From positions 8,742,001-8,806,000 of the forward strand of contig NC_135261.1 in NCBI RefSeq assembly GCF_964204865.1: 64,000 nt of DNA. The letters are read 5' to 3'. The position numbers were made by a program, and so were the translations under genes. Positions 15,231 through 28,290 of this stretch are shown here, piece by piece; position 1 is the stretch's first letter; each line of letters opens with the position of its first letter. The notes beneath the pieces are model-generated. The model had not been told where the DNA came from. It worked only from the letters and a program-made list of their open reading frames with translations, and made no database searches. The DNA comes from Styela clava (lineage: Eukaryota).

Positions 15231-18200
15231 TAAAATTGAAATCACGCAAAGTTTAAAAATATGTTACCAAATCATACTCTATCAAACAGATATGGATATT
15301 AAAATTATTTTAAATATTATTGCCTTGTCCACCGAATGAATTTGTCTATCTAATGTTTGCTTTGTATGATTTGTGATATATTGAAAGCTTAATAACTGAA
15401 AGTTTAAGGATTGAACCCATGTAAAGCTTATTTGATGGTAGAAGCTAGATAGATAGCAATGTATGCCGGCTAGAGGTAGTATAGCCATAAAACTACGGCA
15501 ATGTTGGAAAATGAAATATGCAAGAGTGATCATATATTGGCAAAGAATTTTGCCCTATGTACGAGTATTGTAATAGCAATATTCTGTATAAAAATTGAAA
15601 TAATTTGATTGGTGACAATAGACAACTATTCCAAGCCCTGTTCATATAGGCTGAGCTATCCCAATAATTTCCCCGTTGGACAAAATTGTGTTTTGAATAG
15701 CAGTAAGTCTAATTTTAAATGCTGAGTTAGGTTAATGAAATAAATAAGATCAAAGAGCATTCAGCAAGGCTGAACTTGCTATCATGAAAATGTCAAAAAT
15801 AGGTTTCATTAAGGGTATAATTGCCTCGCTTTGAAGACCATGTGTACATGCATCTGGTTTACTTCACTATACTGGTATTCATTTTCCACATTGGTACTGT
15901 TTCTCATAATCCTTTTTTTGCATTGGTCTAGTTTATTTGATGTAGAAATTTATTATTATGCAGGATAGATTTTTCATGACAAATAGTTATTGAAGCCTAT
16001 TATTGCTTATTATTAAATTAGAATTTTCCTGTGTACTTTGAAATAGGCTAGTAATATTTGATTCAAAAATTAGTGTTATGTAGTGGAATTTTGACATTTC
16101 CCTTTGCAGCATGACTTTTTTTAGATTTATTGGTAGTTTAAATGGAAGCTTTTTTTCAGAATAAAGTGTTTTGTTTTATTTATAGGGGGAAATAGCAGTT
16201 CAAAGTACTTGGATGGGATTGATTACTCAAATAATCAGGGATGTCCATAAATGTTGAATTTTACAATTCAAAAATCACTAATTTGCAGTGAAATTTAGTT
16301 TTGTTGTAAAAAATTGTGATTTGCATCAAATTTTGCAATGCAAAATGTGCTACGTTTTGGGATCCTGTGAAATAATGAACAAAACGAAATGTCCTAACTA
16401 TAGACACCAAACTATCTAAACATCGATATCCCTATCAATAAATGAATGTTTTAATCAAACTGTATTATAATGAATATTCTAAAACAGCTATTTTGTAGCA
16501 AAGTTCAACAACCATCACCCACACCCACCTATACTGACTAGATGTGCTTTTCTGCTACAAGTGAAATTGGTATAATTATAGTCAAAAATAATGAACAAGC
16601 ATCTATTTCTTTATATTTTTATTGCAGTTTCAAAAATTTTGCAGTTGTGTTTTCTTTGTACGGTATTTTTCCTATTTTTATTTAAATCTTCAAGTGGAAG
16701 CCTTTTCAAGAATGTAATCTCTTTGTTAAGTATCACCCAGGGACAGGATGATACTTCTTTTCTACATGTCCAAAAGCAAAAAGGATCTATGCCAAGTATA
16801 TATTAAATATTTTTAAGACTACATATTCAGAATAGTTGTCAGTTGTATTCAGAGTAGTTGACACTTTCATTCTTAACTACTAAAAATTGGGAAGCCATTA
16901 CCTTAGTAATTGAAAAAAAAAACTCCTGTAAAAATTCCAGAAACTATTTTTAGTTTGGATTAATAAGGTGGTTTTATAAGGCATAAATCGAAAATCATTT
17001 GCAGTACTTATTTTAAGTATTTTACAATAAGCTTAAGTTCATTGGATTTGTTCATGCATACAACTGTGAGGGTGTTATGACGAAAAAAATAACTGCAGTA
17101 CTTACCATAGTAGGACCATTTTATATGACCTAAATGGGGAACTTCCAAACATGCTGAAAGACCTTACTATTTATTTTTTTTTAAATCAAAAGCTATTTCT
17201 CATCTACATAACACAATCAAACAATTTAACATGGTAATTATTATTCCAATTCAAAATGGTTATGTCGCTTTTGAAAATATGCCCTGTAGATTGACCAAAT
17301 ACCAGATGATAGCGTACCATTATAATTGTATTTTCCATAAATAACTTATAAATAATTTGAACAATACAATATCACTAAAATTATTTTCATTGAAGGAAAA
17401 AAAACACTGTATTTAATTATTTTATACTATTTCTGATATTTTTATTCTGTACAAAACTATGTTTTATGTCCGTGCAAATCAAATGTTTGGTGTTTGGTTA
17501 AATATTTTTGTGAATTATTTGGTGGCTTGAATGAATAAATAGAGAACTTGATCTCGTCTATTTAAACTAGGTTGGCTAATGCATGAATTACCTCACGTTC
17601 TTGTATTGTTCAATTTTTGACCATCTTTCAATGTTCAAATGTCAGTTATTAATTTTACATTCGTCATTTTACAGTTTTCGTTGTATTTTATGAGATAGGG
17701 AAATGTTGATTGGATGAACACTTATCGTAAAGCGAATGAAATAATGTGTTTTGACTAATGTGTATTTTTCATTTTACCTCAATTTGATCAGGATATCTTT
17801 ATTCGACGATATTTTTTTGTTCTTGATTCTTAACCCAATTCGAACAACAATTGTTTCTTTGATGTTGATAGAAGCATTTGTTTTTCATTGAGCTAACTCT
17901 TTGTTGATGATTTAATAAATTTCTTACTAAAGGATTTTTTGAATATCAACAAAGAAGCGTTTCTGCGAAAAATATTGACCATATTAAAAATTTGCACTGA
18001 TTTTATCAAGGCCACTTCAAAATTCCGTAACTGATGTGATTGGGGCTGTAATTCTTTATACTTATATCAAAACGCTGCTTAGCGGCGGGTACTATCAAAC
18101 CCAACTTCTGTAGTAATATGATTTACCCTATTTTAACACAAATTCTGCAAATTTTTTTTCAATTTGAATATTTCCACTGGTTTTGAAACTGCTTTTCTGT

Positions 18201-19401
18201 ATTCCCCATTGTAGGCTACCCTTTTAGATTAGCTTTATTTAATCATTTGGTTGGCTTTGCTATAACCATGAGAATACAATATTGCAATGCTTTTACAAGA
18301 AAAACTTTTAAAATACTCTCACTACATTGGTTATCATATGCTTGAGATTGCAGGCCTATTCCCTGGGCTAACCAGATCCAAGAATACCATAACATTCTTG
18401 CTTTATAGGTCCTTTTTCCAGTCAATTTAATTTGGAAGCCACACTGGAGGATTTAAAGTTACAATCTAAGTCTTCTAATTTGATAATAGATGCTTGTGTC
18501 TGCTTTTTACTTTATTCACCTGCTAGTTATTTGATATATATTATTACTATTATGCTATTATTGAATTGAAATCGTGTAATTTAGATGAATGAGGTATATT
18601 TTTTGTGCAGTGCAATAAACTATATTGCTTACAATATGGATTTATTATGTTTGGGTTTGGTCAAGACTGTTGTTCATTGAGGACATTTAGATCAAATTTT
18701 ATAAAGTGATTGTGATTATGTGAAATCAGGACTTTTCTAAAGATCTTGCAAGAATTGAATTTGCTGTATGTAGTTTTGTTTGTTGCCGCGGAATCGCAAA
18801 TACCAGGTTGGTGTCTGGCGCGGGATAATTCACCGCTTCAATTATAGAATATAAAATCTGTTGATAAATTATACAAAATAATATGAGGAGTCGGAGGTTT
18901 TCAAATCGCTATTGCCCACAGTCATGGGCGAGCCAAACTTTTCTCCTGCCCGGAGCGAGTTTTTGATAATGATGCCCCTTATACTTCACTTCAAAAATAA
19001 TTCGGAGGATAAACAAATTATAGTTGTTGTTATATATGAAAGCAAATAAATTGAGGGTCAAGTGAAATGTTTGTATTACTATTATTTAAATCATCAAACT
19101 CGCCCCGACAACGGGCTTCCCCTATGCCCCCTCCCAAGCACTGCCTCTATTTTGTCCAGAACTTTTGTACTATTGAGCTCTGCCAACTTCAGGTACGTTG
19201 AGAATAGGTTTAGTTGACACCAGTTTCATGACAATGATAACTCTACCTTGTTTTGCTGTATTCAGAAAAAACTAGTCTCGTTAATTTGGTTAGGACTTGA
19301 AATCATGAATTCTTAGTTTCCGAGCATTCACAAACTTTTTCTTTCTTATTAATTACCATAATATTTCATCTTTTTTCCTTTTAGTGCAGATGTGATGAAC
19401 C

Positions 19402-22400
19402 ATGCTTAATATAGTTATTATTGTTACGTTTATTCTGGCTGCAGTATTATCTATAGGTCTTGGAGCTTTGCATCGTTATGTTTCACCACAAACTCCGAAC
19501 ACAAATCCTCAATTTTTAGAGGTGTGTTTCTATCTATGTATTTTGTTGTTATATATAATTATATTGCTTAAAAAAAGTAATGAGGTAAATGTTACAAAAT
19601 GGTATTTTTGTATGATGTGACACAGTATGTTGTCCGATTACCTAATTTTGTATTTGATAGTTAGTCGTTATGCTAGAGGTGTGAAGGCTGATTTTGTCAT
19701 GTTTTCATTAGAGCCGAAGTTGTGTTTTCAATTCTCCAGAGGCAAAATGTCGAATTTATCAAAATTTCAGATTTTCAATAATGATAAAAAAAAGTCAAAA
19801 TTTTCTACAGAAATCTCAAAAAAAAGTTTAACTAGGTTTACAGTTTAATAAGAAAGGTTGTGCTAAAGTTTTTGTTGTCAAAATTTTCCTCAACCAGGAG
19901 GTGGGCCATTTTTTTCAATCAGGAGTCAAACTTGATCTTAGATTTCCCCGGTTTTATACATGTGTGGACGTCAATGGTGGAAAAACTCATGACTGGCCAC
20001 CGATTACATGAACCACCCTGTGGTAGTGAGTCTTGCAATCCTCTCTGCTGAAGGTTCATCTATTATGTATATTATACAACTGTGTTAGGTACTTAACTTT
20101 AAAAATTCTTTTTTTTGTAGTTTCAAAGTTTGTACTTCCTGGCATTCTTTCCGGCTTTATTTGCTGACTGGTTAAATGCACCTTACCTCTATAAACTGTA
20201 CTCACACTATGGATTTTTGGAAGAACAAATTGCCATTATTTATGTCTGTGGGTTGGGATCAGCCCTTGTTTTTGGTACAACTGCAGCGTATTTGGTTGAG
20301 CGATACGGTTTTAAAAAAATAAGTCTCGGTGCTGCCGTCACATATTCACTTTCGTGTTTCTTGAAGTTATCTTCAGATTACAGGTGAGAATCTCAATCAA
20401 ATTAGCTTGAAATATTTATGTATTGATAATGCATTTAAGTTAAAATAAGACCTACCGTGAATATTAAAATTGATTTTAATATAAGCCCTCCTCTTAAAAT
20501 AAGACGTAGTTGATGGCAAGAAATCTCTCCTACACGTTTTAAATGATTAATATTCTATGTTTAGCAGTTATTTTGAAATAAAAATGTGTTTCTTATAAGT
20601 AAATGGAAATCGGTTTTCATATTTGTTTATATTCGAAAATCTTGTAATTCTTTACTCCGTAATTTTGTTTTGATAAATGAAAATAAAAGACATCTCCCCA
20701 AAATAAGCCTTAGTGTTGTTTTTTAAAAGAAAATTGAAATAAGACCCAGTCTTATATTCAGGGAAACACTGTAGCTCAGAGAATAAAGCGATTAGTGAAT
20801 TTTTAAAATTGTCACTGACTTTTGTTATTATTGCTGTTATTGACTTTTCAGTTATCATTAAAAAAATACCTATGGTAAACTCATTTAAGAGAATTATTAC
20901 GATAAAATTAGGTAGCATTATGTTAAATAGATACCGTAATTCGTAATAAGTGTGTTTATTTTTTCAGCACTCTGGTAATAAGTCGTATATTATCTGGTGC
21001 GTCTACAACACTGTTATTTTCTGCACATGAAGGATGGTATGCCAAATCTCATATCAATGTTCACGACTTCCCAAAGGAATGGATTGAAATCACTTCTATG
21101 AAATCAGCCTTTGCTAGTTCTCTTATGGCTGCCATCGCAGGGGTTTTTGCATATTTTATGACCGAGGTACATTTTGGTAATTTTTTCTGTTTTGTTGATG
21201 AATTGAGTTATAAATACACTTTTGTAAAAGTTTCTATTGTATGAGAATGTGATTTGCAATACTGCTTGAATTATTTGTTATTGAGTATGGTCAAATATTG
21301 AAAAGAGTCATCTGACAGAGTTCAAAGAGCGAGATCGAAATAATGATAAGAATAAATATTTAAGAAATATGCTCAAAATAGGGTAATTCGTAGTAAACTA
21401 GAAGTTTGAATAGCTACTATCAGTAAATTAAAAGATAATTTAATTCGGAAAAATAATGATACAAATTACACTCTGTCACTGATAAATATGTATTAAAGAT
21501 GTCTAAATTTTTCTGAAATGATTGGATAAAGCAAATTACTGGCTTGTATATTAATTCATTTCATGATTGTGGTAATTGTTTTCATTTATTGTATAGGATT
21601 GAGAATATTTCTTGTGTGTTTCAGTGGTATGGTTTCGGCCCCGTTGCTCCATCTTTACTTGCTGTACCATTTCTTGGTATAAGTGCGTTTATTACGTTTT
21701 CAAAATGGAAGACGCCGGATCGGTCATCACAATCAACTGAAGGTCTCATAGAGCCTTCATTACCTGTTAAACCATCAGGAAAGAATACGAAATTCGTAAA
21801 AGCTTGTTGTGAGGGATTACAGAATATTGTGCGAGTAAGTGCTCGATTAACATGACATGAGTTGCCCATGATGATTATTTGCAATTACCAAGTACATTTT
21901 ATGGTTTGAACCACTCTACAACTGTGAGAAGTCCAGCTATCCTCTTACACATTATTATCTCCCACAGGATTCAAGCCCATGCAGGTTAATTAGAGATGCG
22001 ATGGCAAGTGTATTCTTGGCACTTTTTACGATGTGCCATTCAACTGAGCCATAAAAATAACTGGTTTTAAAAGACTCCATTCCGTAAATTGTCAAATTGT
22101 GTACCTGTGGAGTGTACACCCGCATTTATCAAAGTATTGATAGCTGTGAATTCTGGTATAACTTTCTGGAAACAAATGATTCCAACACACCACTGATTTG
22201 ATCTAATTTGATTTGAAGCTCAATTAAATCATTTAGTCATGACTATTTCTAATTAATATCAAAACATGCTGCAGGATGATGTTACCTATTTCTGCATATG
22301 AAAAGTATTTTATTTGCACCACTCAAATAACTAAATAAAAATTTTAAATTTAATACATTCTGTCCTCTTACAGCAAAACCCTTTGATTATTGTGAATTGT

Positions 22401-24326
22401 CCTTATTTTCTATTTCTCTAGAATCCAGATCTGTTGGTGCTTGGTTGTGTTCAGTCTTTATTCGAAAGCGTTCTCTGTTTGTTTGTATTCTTATGGACAC
22501 CAGTACTCGATCATCACCATCCACCACTTGGAATCGTATTTGCAACATTTATGTGTGCGACTCTTTGTGGAGGAGTAGCTCACAAGTATGTCTCACATTA
22601 ATTTGATGTTAGTGTAGATTTGAGTGTTGCTGAAATAAGTTTTCATTTATTATTTCAGTTCTTTACTTGTTATTTGGTTTGGTTAGTTGGTGGTGTTTCC
22701 AGGTGTTGAACAATATTTAATTTCAAGATTGTTCTTCTGCATGTCAGCCGACAAATTTTATTGACCATTTCTAAATCAGATAAGTGAAGGAACTTGAAAA
22801 TCTCTTTGGTGTTGCACATTCCGAATGCATGGTGACCATAGACCATGCTGTCGTAACCTTGTCTGCTAGTAGTCTTCATTTAATCTGTACTTCCTCCTAA
22901 CCATCAGTTGGATAGTCAGTGGTGTCAAGGCAGGGATATTACTAACGCCCAACCTAACTGCTAAATCGAGACACCAATTTTGAACATAATTAAAATTAGA
23001 GTTAATAACACACTATTCATGGATTGCAATAATTACTTCTCATTTATTTTATGTTTGTTTTGACAGAATTCTGGTGACTGCAGTGAAATTGTCTTCAGCT
23101 GTCACTCTCACTGGTGCAATGTCAGTTGCTTGTATTGCCACTCTTGGATGTGTACTATCAACTAGTCCAACAAATGAATTCCCAATAATATCCTACATAT
23201 GCTTTTTATTATTTGAATTGTCAGTTGGTGTATATTTTCCATCAATGTCAGAATTGAAAAGATTGGTAAGTATAGCTTAATAATATCGAATCTCTTAGCC
23301 AAGTATTTTGCTCTTAGAGACTAGAGAGTATCACTTAGTTCATGAGTCATATTTGAATATTCATTTAACTTTTAGGTACATTAGAATTTTCTTTTATCAA
23401 CCCGTCTTCTGGCTAAGAACACAGTACTGCTTGGTTAATCACACAGGTCTATTCGTGACAATGTTTTTATTTACTGTTTACCCATTCATAACTGGCTCCA
23501 AATACTCATCCATGTGAATAATCACTGCTTATTATCAGAATACCGGTCAGGTTTTTAAGTACAATAATTTGGCGTTATGTAATGTTGCAGAAACATGGAT
23601 GTGATCAGTGTCGGAGCCAGTTAATCTTCTTTCTGCAATGATCTCTTAATCATATCAATTTTTTAGCATCAGGCATTGTTATTTTATTTCTATGTGCCTA
23701 GGTGAAACCTGAATTACAAAATTTCGCTGTGACTGCTTGGTTCCGGGTTCCTTTGAATTTGTTTGCTTGTTTTGGTCTCATTATGTTACACCATAGCACC
23801 AATGCCAGTGGAACAAGAAAATTATTCTTGGCTTGTTTTTTCATGGTTGCAATAGCAGCAGTATTTTCTTTGCGATTGTTAAGGTAAGTTATTGCATAAT
23901 TATTGGTTATGGTTGAATTTCAATATATATTATAGGTTGTATATTCGCTTTTCGGACATTGTATTTCTGGCTAGTGAATGCAGGAACTTATGGGAGGAAG
24001 TTATATTGTAACTGTCGTTGCATGGATCCTGATGACTCAATGACTGTGGAAACGAAGGCATGCTTTTTAACGGTATTGGTGTCGAAATCGGGGAGCTATT
24101 TCATGATCTCTCTAGTTGGGGAGTCTGAAGGCCCAGTAGAATTTAAAATCCTTGTTAGTCAGAATTCAGAATTTGATTCCAGACGAATTAAAAAAGGAAT
24201 TAATTTTACTATACGATAGACAACCAAAGGTCCTAGTTGTTAAAATATTGTTTTCTTTAAGTTTAGACCAGGAGTCTAAAATTCCATCAACCTGAAGTGT
24301 CTGAGCTGGAATTTAATTCAATGTAA
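19402..24326 (+). CDS. MFSD5: Molybdate-anion transporter MFSD5/MOT2-like MFS protein (8 exons, ~463 aa)
   Basis: Exons 19402-19521, 20121-20383, 20968-21166, 21625-21834, 22422-22585, 23067-23265, 23702-23883, 24272-24326 (last acceptor uncertain). Motifs ADWLNAPYLYKLYSHYGF..QIAIIYVCG, STTLLFSAHEGWY, HDFPKEWI, QSLFES...FVFLWTPVL, PLGIVFATFM, FELSVGVYFPSM and WFRVPLN match the MFSD5 family. Confidence 0.92.
20440..20771. mobile_element. Second, 5'-degenerate copy of the 29302 pogo-type MITE
   Basis: Shared body (AAGAAATCT...TCTATGTTTAGCAGTTATTTT...AAAGAAAATTGAAATAA) and right end GGGAAACACTG|TA. Confidence 0.75.
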
Positions 24327-25272
24327 ATATTTCTTTTGGCCACCGCATGCTTTATACTTGCATTTACATTGCTCATTTTATAACTTCATTTGCATTGCTA
24401 GGACGTCTAAATCGAAGAATATGAAGGATTCTGTAGATTTAGTAATGGAAGCAACATGAATATAATATAAATACGTACCTGCGCTACAGACGATTCGAAG
24501 GCAATGCTTGTTGAGGCAAGGGAATGCAGAAAATTGAATCTATGTCGATTGTTACTGAAGAAAAAAGTCTATAATGTGGATTATTTTATATATACCGTAT
24601 GTTATACACTATGTCCATTCTGATGCAATAAATTCTTATTACTTTTATTCAAATTACAACATGGAGTATTGGCTGAATTGCAACCTTTTCTTTTTTGTAA
24701 GAAAGTAAATCGGATAGACAGATTAACGAATAGAGCAAGCATTAGGAGTTCAAAGCAAACTGCCCGCGCGTCGCCCCGTCTGTCATGGGATACGAATCCA
24801 CTCGAGAGCAGGGGTGCACGCATGCCCAAGGTGGCATGCCATAAGACTTAGCGTGACACGCGGTCCGTTTGGTGAAAATTGCATTTATTTCTACTAAATC
24901 ACGTTTATATCGAAAGAAGCTAAATCGCCATGTTTATTCACACAAACGTGAATATACCTTCACGAAAACTATTCAAAACGCTTTCAAGTTCTGAAGACGC
25001 AAATGAAATTGTTTCAAAGAAAAATCCTATTTATGATAAATTCTAAGGAGGACCTAAACTAAAGTATGCGCACCAAGATGGCGCACAACCTGAACTCCGG
25101 TTGTGTACCAGGTTAGGGTTCAGGTTATGCGACATCTTGGTGCGCATACTTCAGGAGTACCAATTTTTAATAACTCGCGTTTATGTCGAAATAAACGAAA
25201 TCCCCGTGTATACTCACACAAATGCGTTGGGACTTTAGTGAATACTTTTCGAAACGCTTTCAAGGGCTTAAA

Positions 25273-25679
25273 CAGGGGTCGGCAACTTTTTGTCGCTCGC
25301 GGGCCAAAATTAAGGGTTGCAAGTCATTGGCGGGCCGCACATATTTGTGAAAGTTTAAAACCGAACGGATGATACTTCTTATTATAAAAATCAAGCAGTG
25401 ATACATCTCTAGAATAGAATATAGATTTATTGCATTTAGCATCAACTTTTATTCGTTTAGTTGCCATTTGTCTAATTATATTATAGGCTCATTAAGCGAG
25501 TATTTGTCAATTTTATACTTGTGAGATTATAATATAATTTATTCTACACGTGTCTCGCACAATAAATTCTGTTACACAGAGAATATAATCGTCAAAAACG
25601 GCTGTTTTGTTAACATAATTCAGTGAAACGTCGCGGGCCGGATTATATTACTCCGCGGGCCGTAGGTTGCCGACCCCTG
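25273..25679. mobile_element. hAT MITE inserted into a local tandem duplication
   Basis: TIR CAGGGGTCGGCAAC / GTTGCCGACCCCTG; subterminal GCGGGCC repeats; flanks GCTTAAA / GCTTAGA. Confidence 0.85.
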
Positions 25680-25956
25680 GCTTAGATGGTCGGAGGACGC
25701 AAATTCGTTTCAAAGAACATTCAGTGTGGATGTTGAATATATTAACGACGCTGACACTCGACTGGCTGGAACTTATGAGTTAGGGTTTAGTTCAAACGAA
25801 ATTTTACACGACTGTTTTTCAGCAAAATTCATTACTTGAGTTTGACTTTCGCCTTGAAGAAGTATCCAGTTTTGTTGAGAAATGAAAAAATATGAATTTG
25901 TCAACCAGGCATTTTTAATCGTGAAAAAAGCAAAGCTTAGCTGCAGACTCTGTTAA

Positions 25957-26862
25957 CCCTTCTACAGCCGGAACGCCCATATGGGTGTACTTTTAAAAAA
26001 ATTGTAAAATTTATGTACTTATAGAGTATATCGCTCTTAGCTGTTTATCGACGTAATGAGAGAAGCGATAAAACCTTCCAGCCGTGACGCAAAGTGCGAA
26101 TCCTATAAATATCCTGGATTTCAAAATCACCTGTCAGACGTCTGAAAAATGTGACTCCCTTCAGACAGGAAATACTCCTTTATAACGACTTATTATTGTT
26201 TTAGCATGTATTTTCAGTCATACTAACTATCCCTGACCATCCCTGGCGCTGTGTTGTTTTGATAAATATGATTTCGAATGCTCCATAGTTGGCAGAGGTA
26301 TGGAGATTTTTTGTATGTAAAAAAAACGTAAAATTAATGGTAATTTTAACGCGTAAATGCGCGTATGAGATTGGTTACGCCGTTCTACGCGCATTTCCGT
26401 CGAAAAAATTTAATTTTTTTGCATTGGGGGTGGTCTGTGCAGTAATAATAAGAGCTGTGACGTCATCAGTATCGGTAATTTGACCTTGAACTTGACAATA
26501 CTGTAAATACAATTGTGAATTTCAGAGTGATAACCATTTATGCTATAATAGTCGTTTTGGTATTGTTATGTTAGGAAAAACTTGACGAAAACGTTGAAGA
26601 AAAAATTAATTAATTAGGAATTAATTATTAACCCTCTACTGTACACAGAATATCTCAAAGTCCAATTTTTTTTTTAGAAATTTTTGAAATTTTTTTGCAA
26701 AAATTTTTTTCGAGGGGTGTGTTTTAAAGATATATTGCTGAATAGAACTCTAGCAGACGCTTTTAAAAACCCATGAATAAAGCTTTAGGGATTAATGGTT
26801 GACATAAAAAAATAAGTTTAAAAATACCCATAAAATGGGCAGGGCTTGAGGCTTAAAAAGGG
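25957..26862. mobile_element. piggyBac-type non-autonomous element
   Basis: TTAA|CCCTTCTACAGCC ... GGCTTAAAAAGGG|TTAA: TTAA TSD (25953-25956, 26863-26866) and CCC/GGG termini. No transposase. Confidence 0.75.
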
Positions 26863-27017
26863 TTAACTGATTAAGATTCGGTGATGCGCATCACTATTTC
26901 TCGTTTGAAGACCAACATTTCAAATTTGGTCCACCAAAAACGTTTTCGAAAAAGTAGTTTTTTTCAGGGCGTTGAACGGTTTCAGTAAATAATTATTTGT
27001 TTGCGTTTTACAGAAGT

Positions 27018-27175
27018 GCATTTCACCGTAACTTCAATAATGTTAAAAAGCGTCAGTTCCTAAATGTTTCAAGTAGCATTTCATCAAAACTTCAATACTG
27101 TTAAAAAGCGTCAGTCGTTAAATATTTAAATTGCATTTCACCGTAACTTCAATATTGCTAAAACAAGTCAGTCGG
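27018..27175. repeat. Tandem repeat, ~57 bp x 3
   Basis: Unit GCATTTCA(C/T)C..AACTTCAATA.TG.TAAAA...GTCAGT at ~27018, ~27077 and ~27133. Confidence 0.85.
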
Positions 27176-27429
27176 TATATACTGTCAGATTTAGGTACAC
27201 GAATGTTCCATGCTATATGTTAATTACGTAAAACGGTTGACTGTGAATATAATGAAATAATTACCAGCAATCCATAAAGAAGGAGGGCGGGATGGAAATG
27301 CCTTCCCGGTGGTTGTCCACCATTAAATCAAATCATCTAACAGAAGTAATTTTGTTTATTTATTTTTTTATTGCAAAATAATTTTAAATCTTCTAACCGA
27401 TAGGTGGTGGTGGTTTTATTGCGCTAGAC

Positions 27430-27890
27430 CAGTGGTTCCCAAACTGGGGTCCGTAAAGCACTTTCGGAGGGTCCGCGAAACAAATCCATAATATGGCTAA
27501 TAGGCTGATAATACAAAAATTAAGTGTCTAAATTTGCAAATACACATTTGTCGCCTTTTGCTGTTTTGCAATCACCGCTGGAGACACTGATTCCTCACCT
27601 TTTGTTTCGATCACGCTGCCCCATTTTGATATCACAGCGAGAGTTCGGTTCATGCCCCCACAAGCTTACTGACTGCATGGCTGTAGCTGACGCCGCCCTT
27701 TTGCTGGACTGGATGTCACACATGTCATTGGAGTTGTGCTTTATATAATTTTATTCGTTTCACTATACGGCGCATTGATTTTCTGTTGTGATCTTTTAAT
27801 GTTTTATTTTAGCGCACAAGGCCGGATATCATTAAAAAAAATTCAAGGGGTCAGTCATGGAATTTTTTTCAAAAAGTTCGGGAACCACTG
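27430..27890. mobile_element. hAT MITE
   Basis: TIR CAGTGGTTCCC / GGGAACCACTG; perfect 8-bp TSD CGCTAGAC. Confidence 0.9.
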
Positions 27891-28127
27891 CGCTAGACTT
27901 ACCAGCTTTGATGGCATCGCAATTCGCAAGTTACACATCTCGGGTTAGAATCCTATCGCTCATCGTAGGCAATGACAATGGAAAGTTCCAGTCCTCCCAA
28001 ATTGAAGTGTTTATTTATCAATCATCATTTTTTTGTCAAGACAATATAAATATATCCCGGTAACGAACTCTTGCGCAACCCGGTGTCCGTTTACTACTGC
28101 GTTCCACTCCACTATAAGCAACCATAT

Positions 28128-28290
28128 TTATTGGACACGAAATGTACATAAATATATATATGAACCATTTGGTTATTATGTTGTTGTTCTTGTTGGTATT
28201 TTTCTTATTGTTTTTATGGAAAACCCGCTTTTCTCATCAACTATTGGACCAATTGCTTTGAAATTTTCAGTGATTAAAGATTGTATTTCG
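28128..28290. mobile_element. Truncated inverted copy of the same HINE-like family
   Basis: TTATTGGACACGAAATG ... CGCTTTTCTC ... TTGGACCAATTGCTTTGAAATTTTCAGTGATTAAAGAT is the reverse complement of the array unit's 3' half. Confidence 0.7.
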
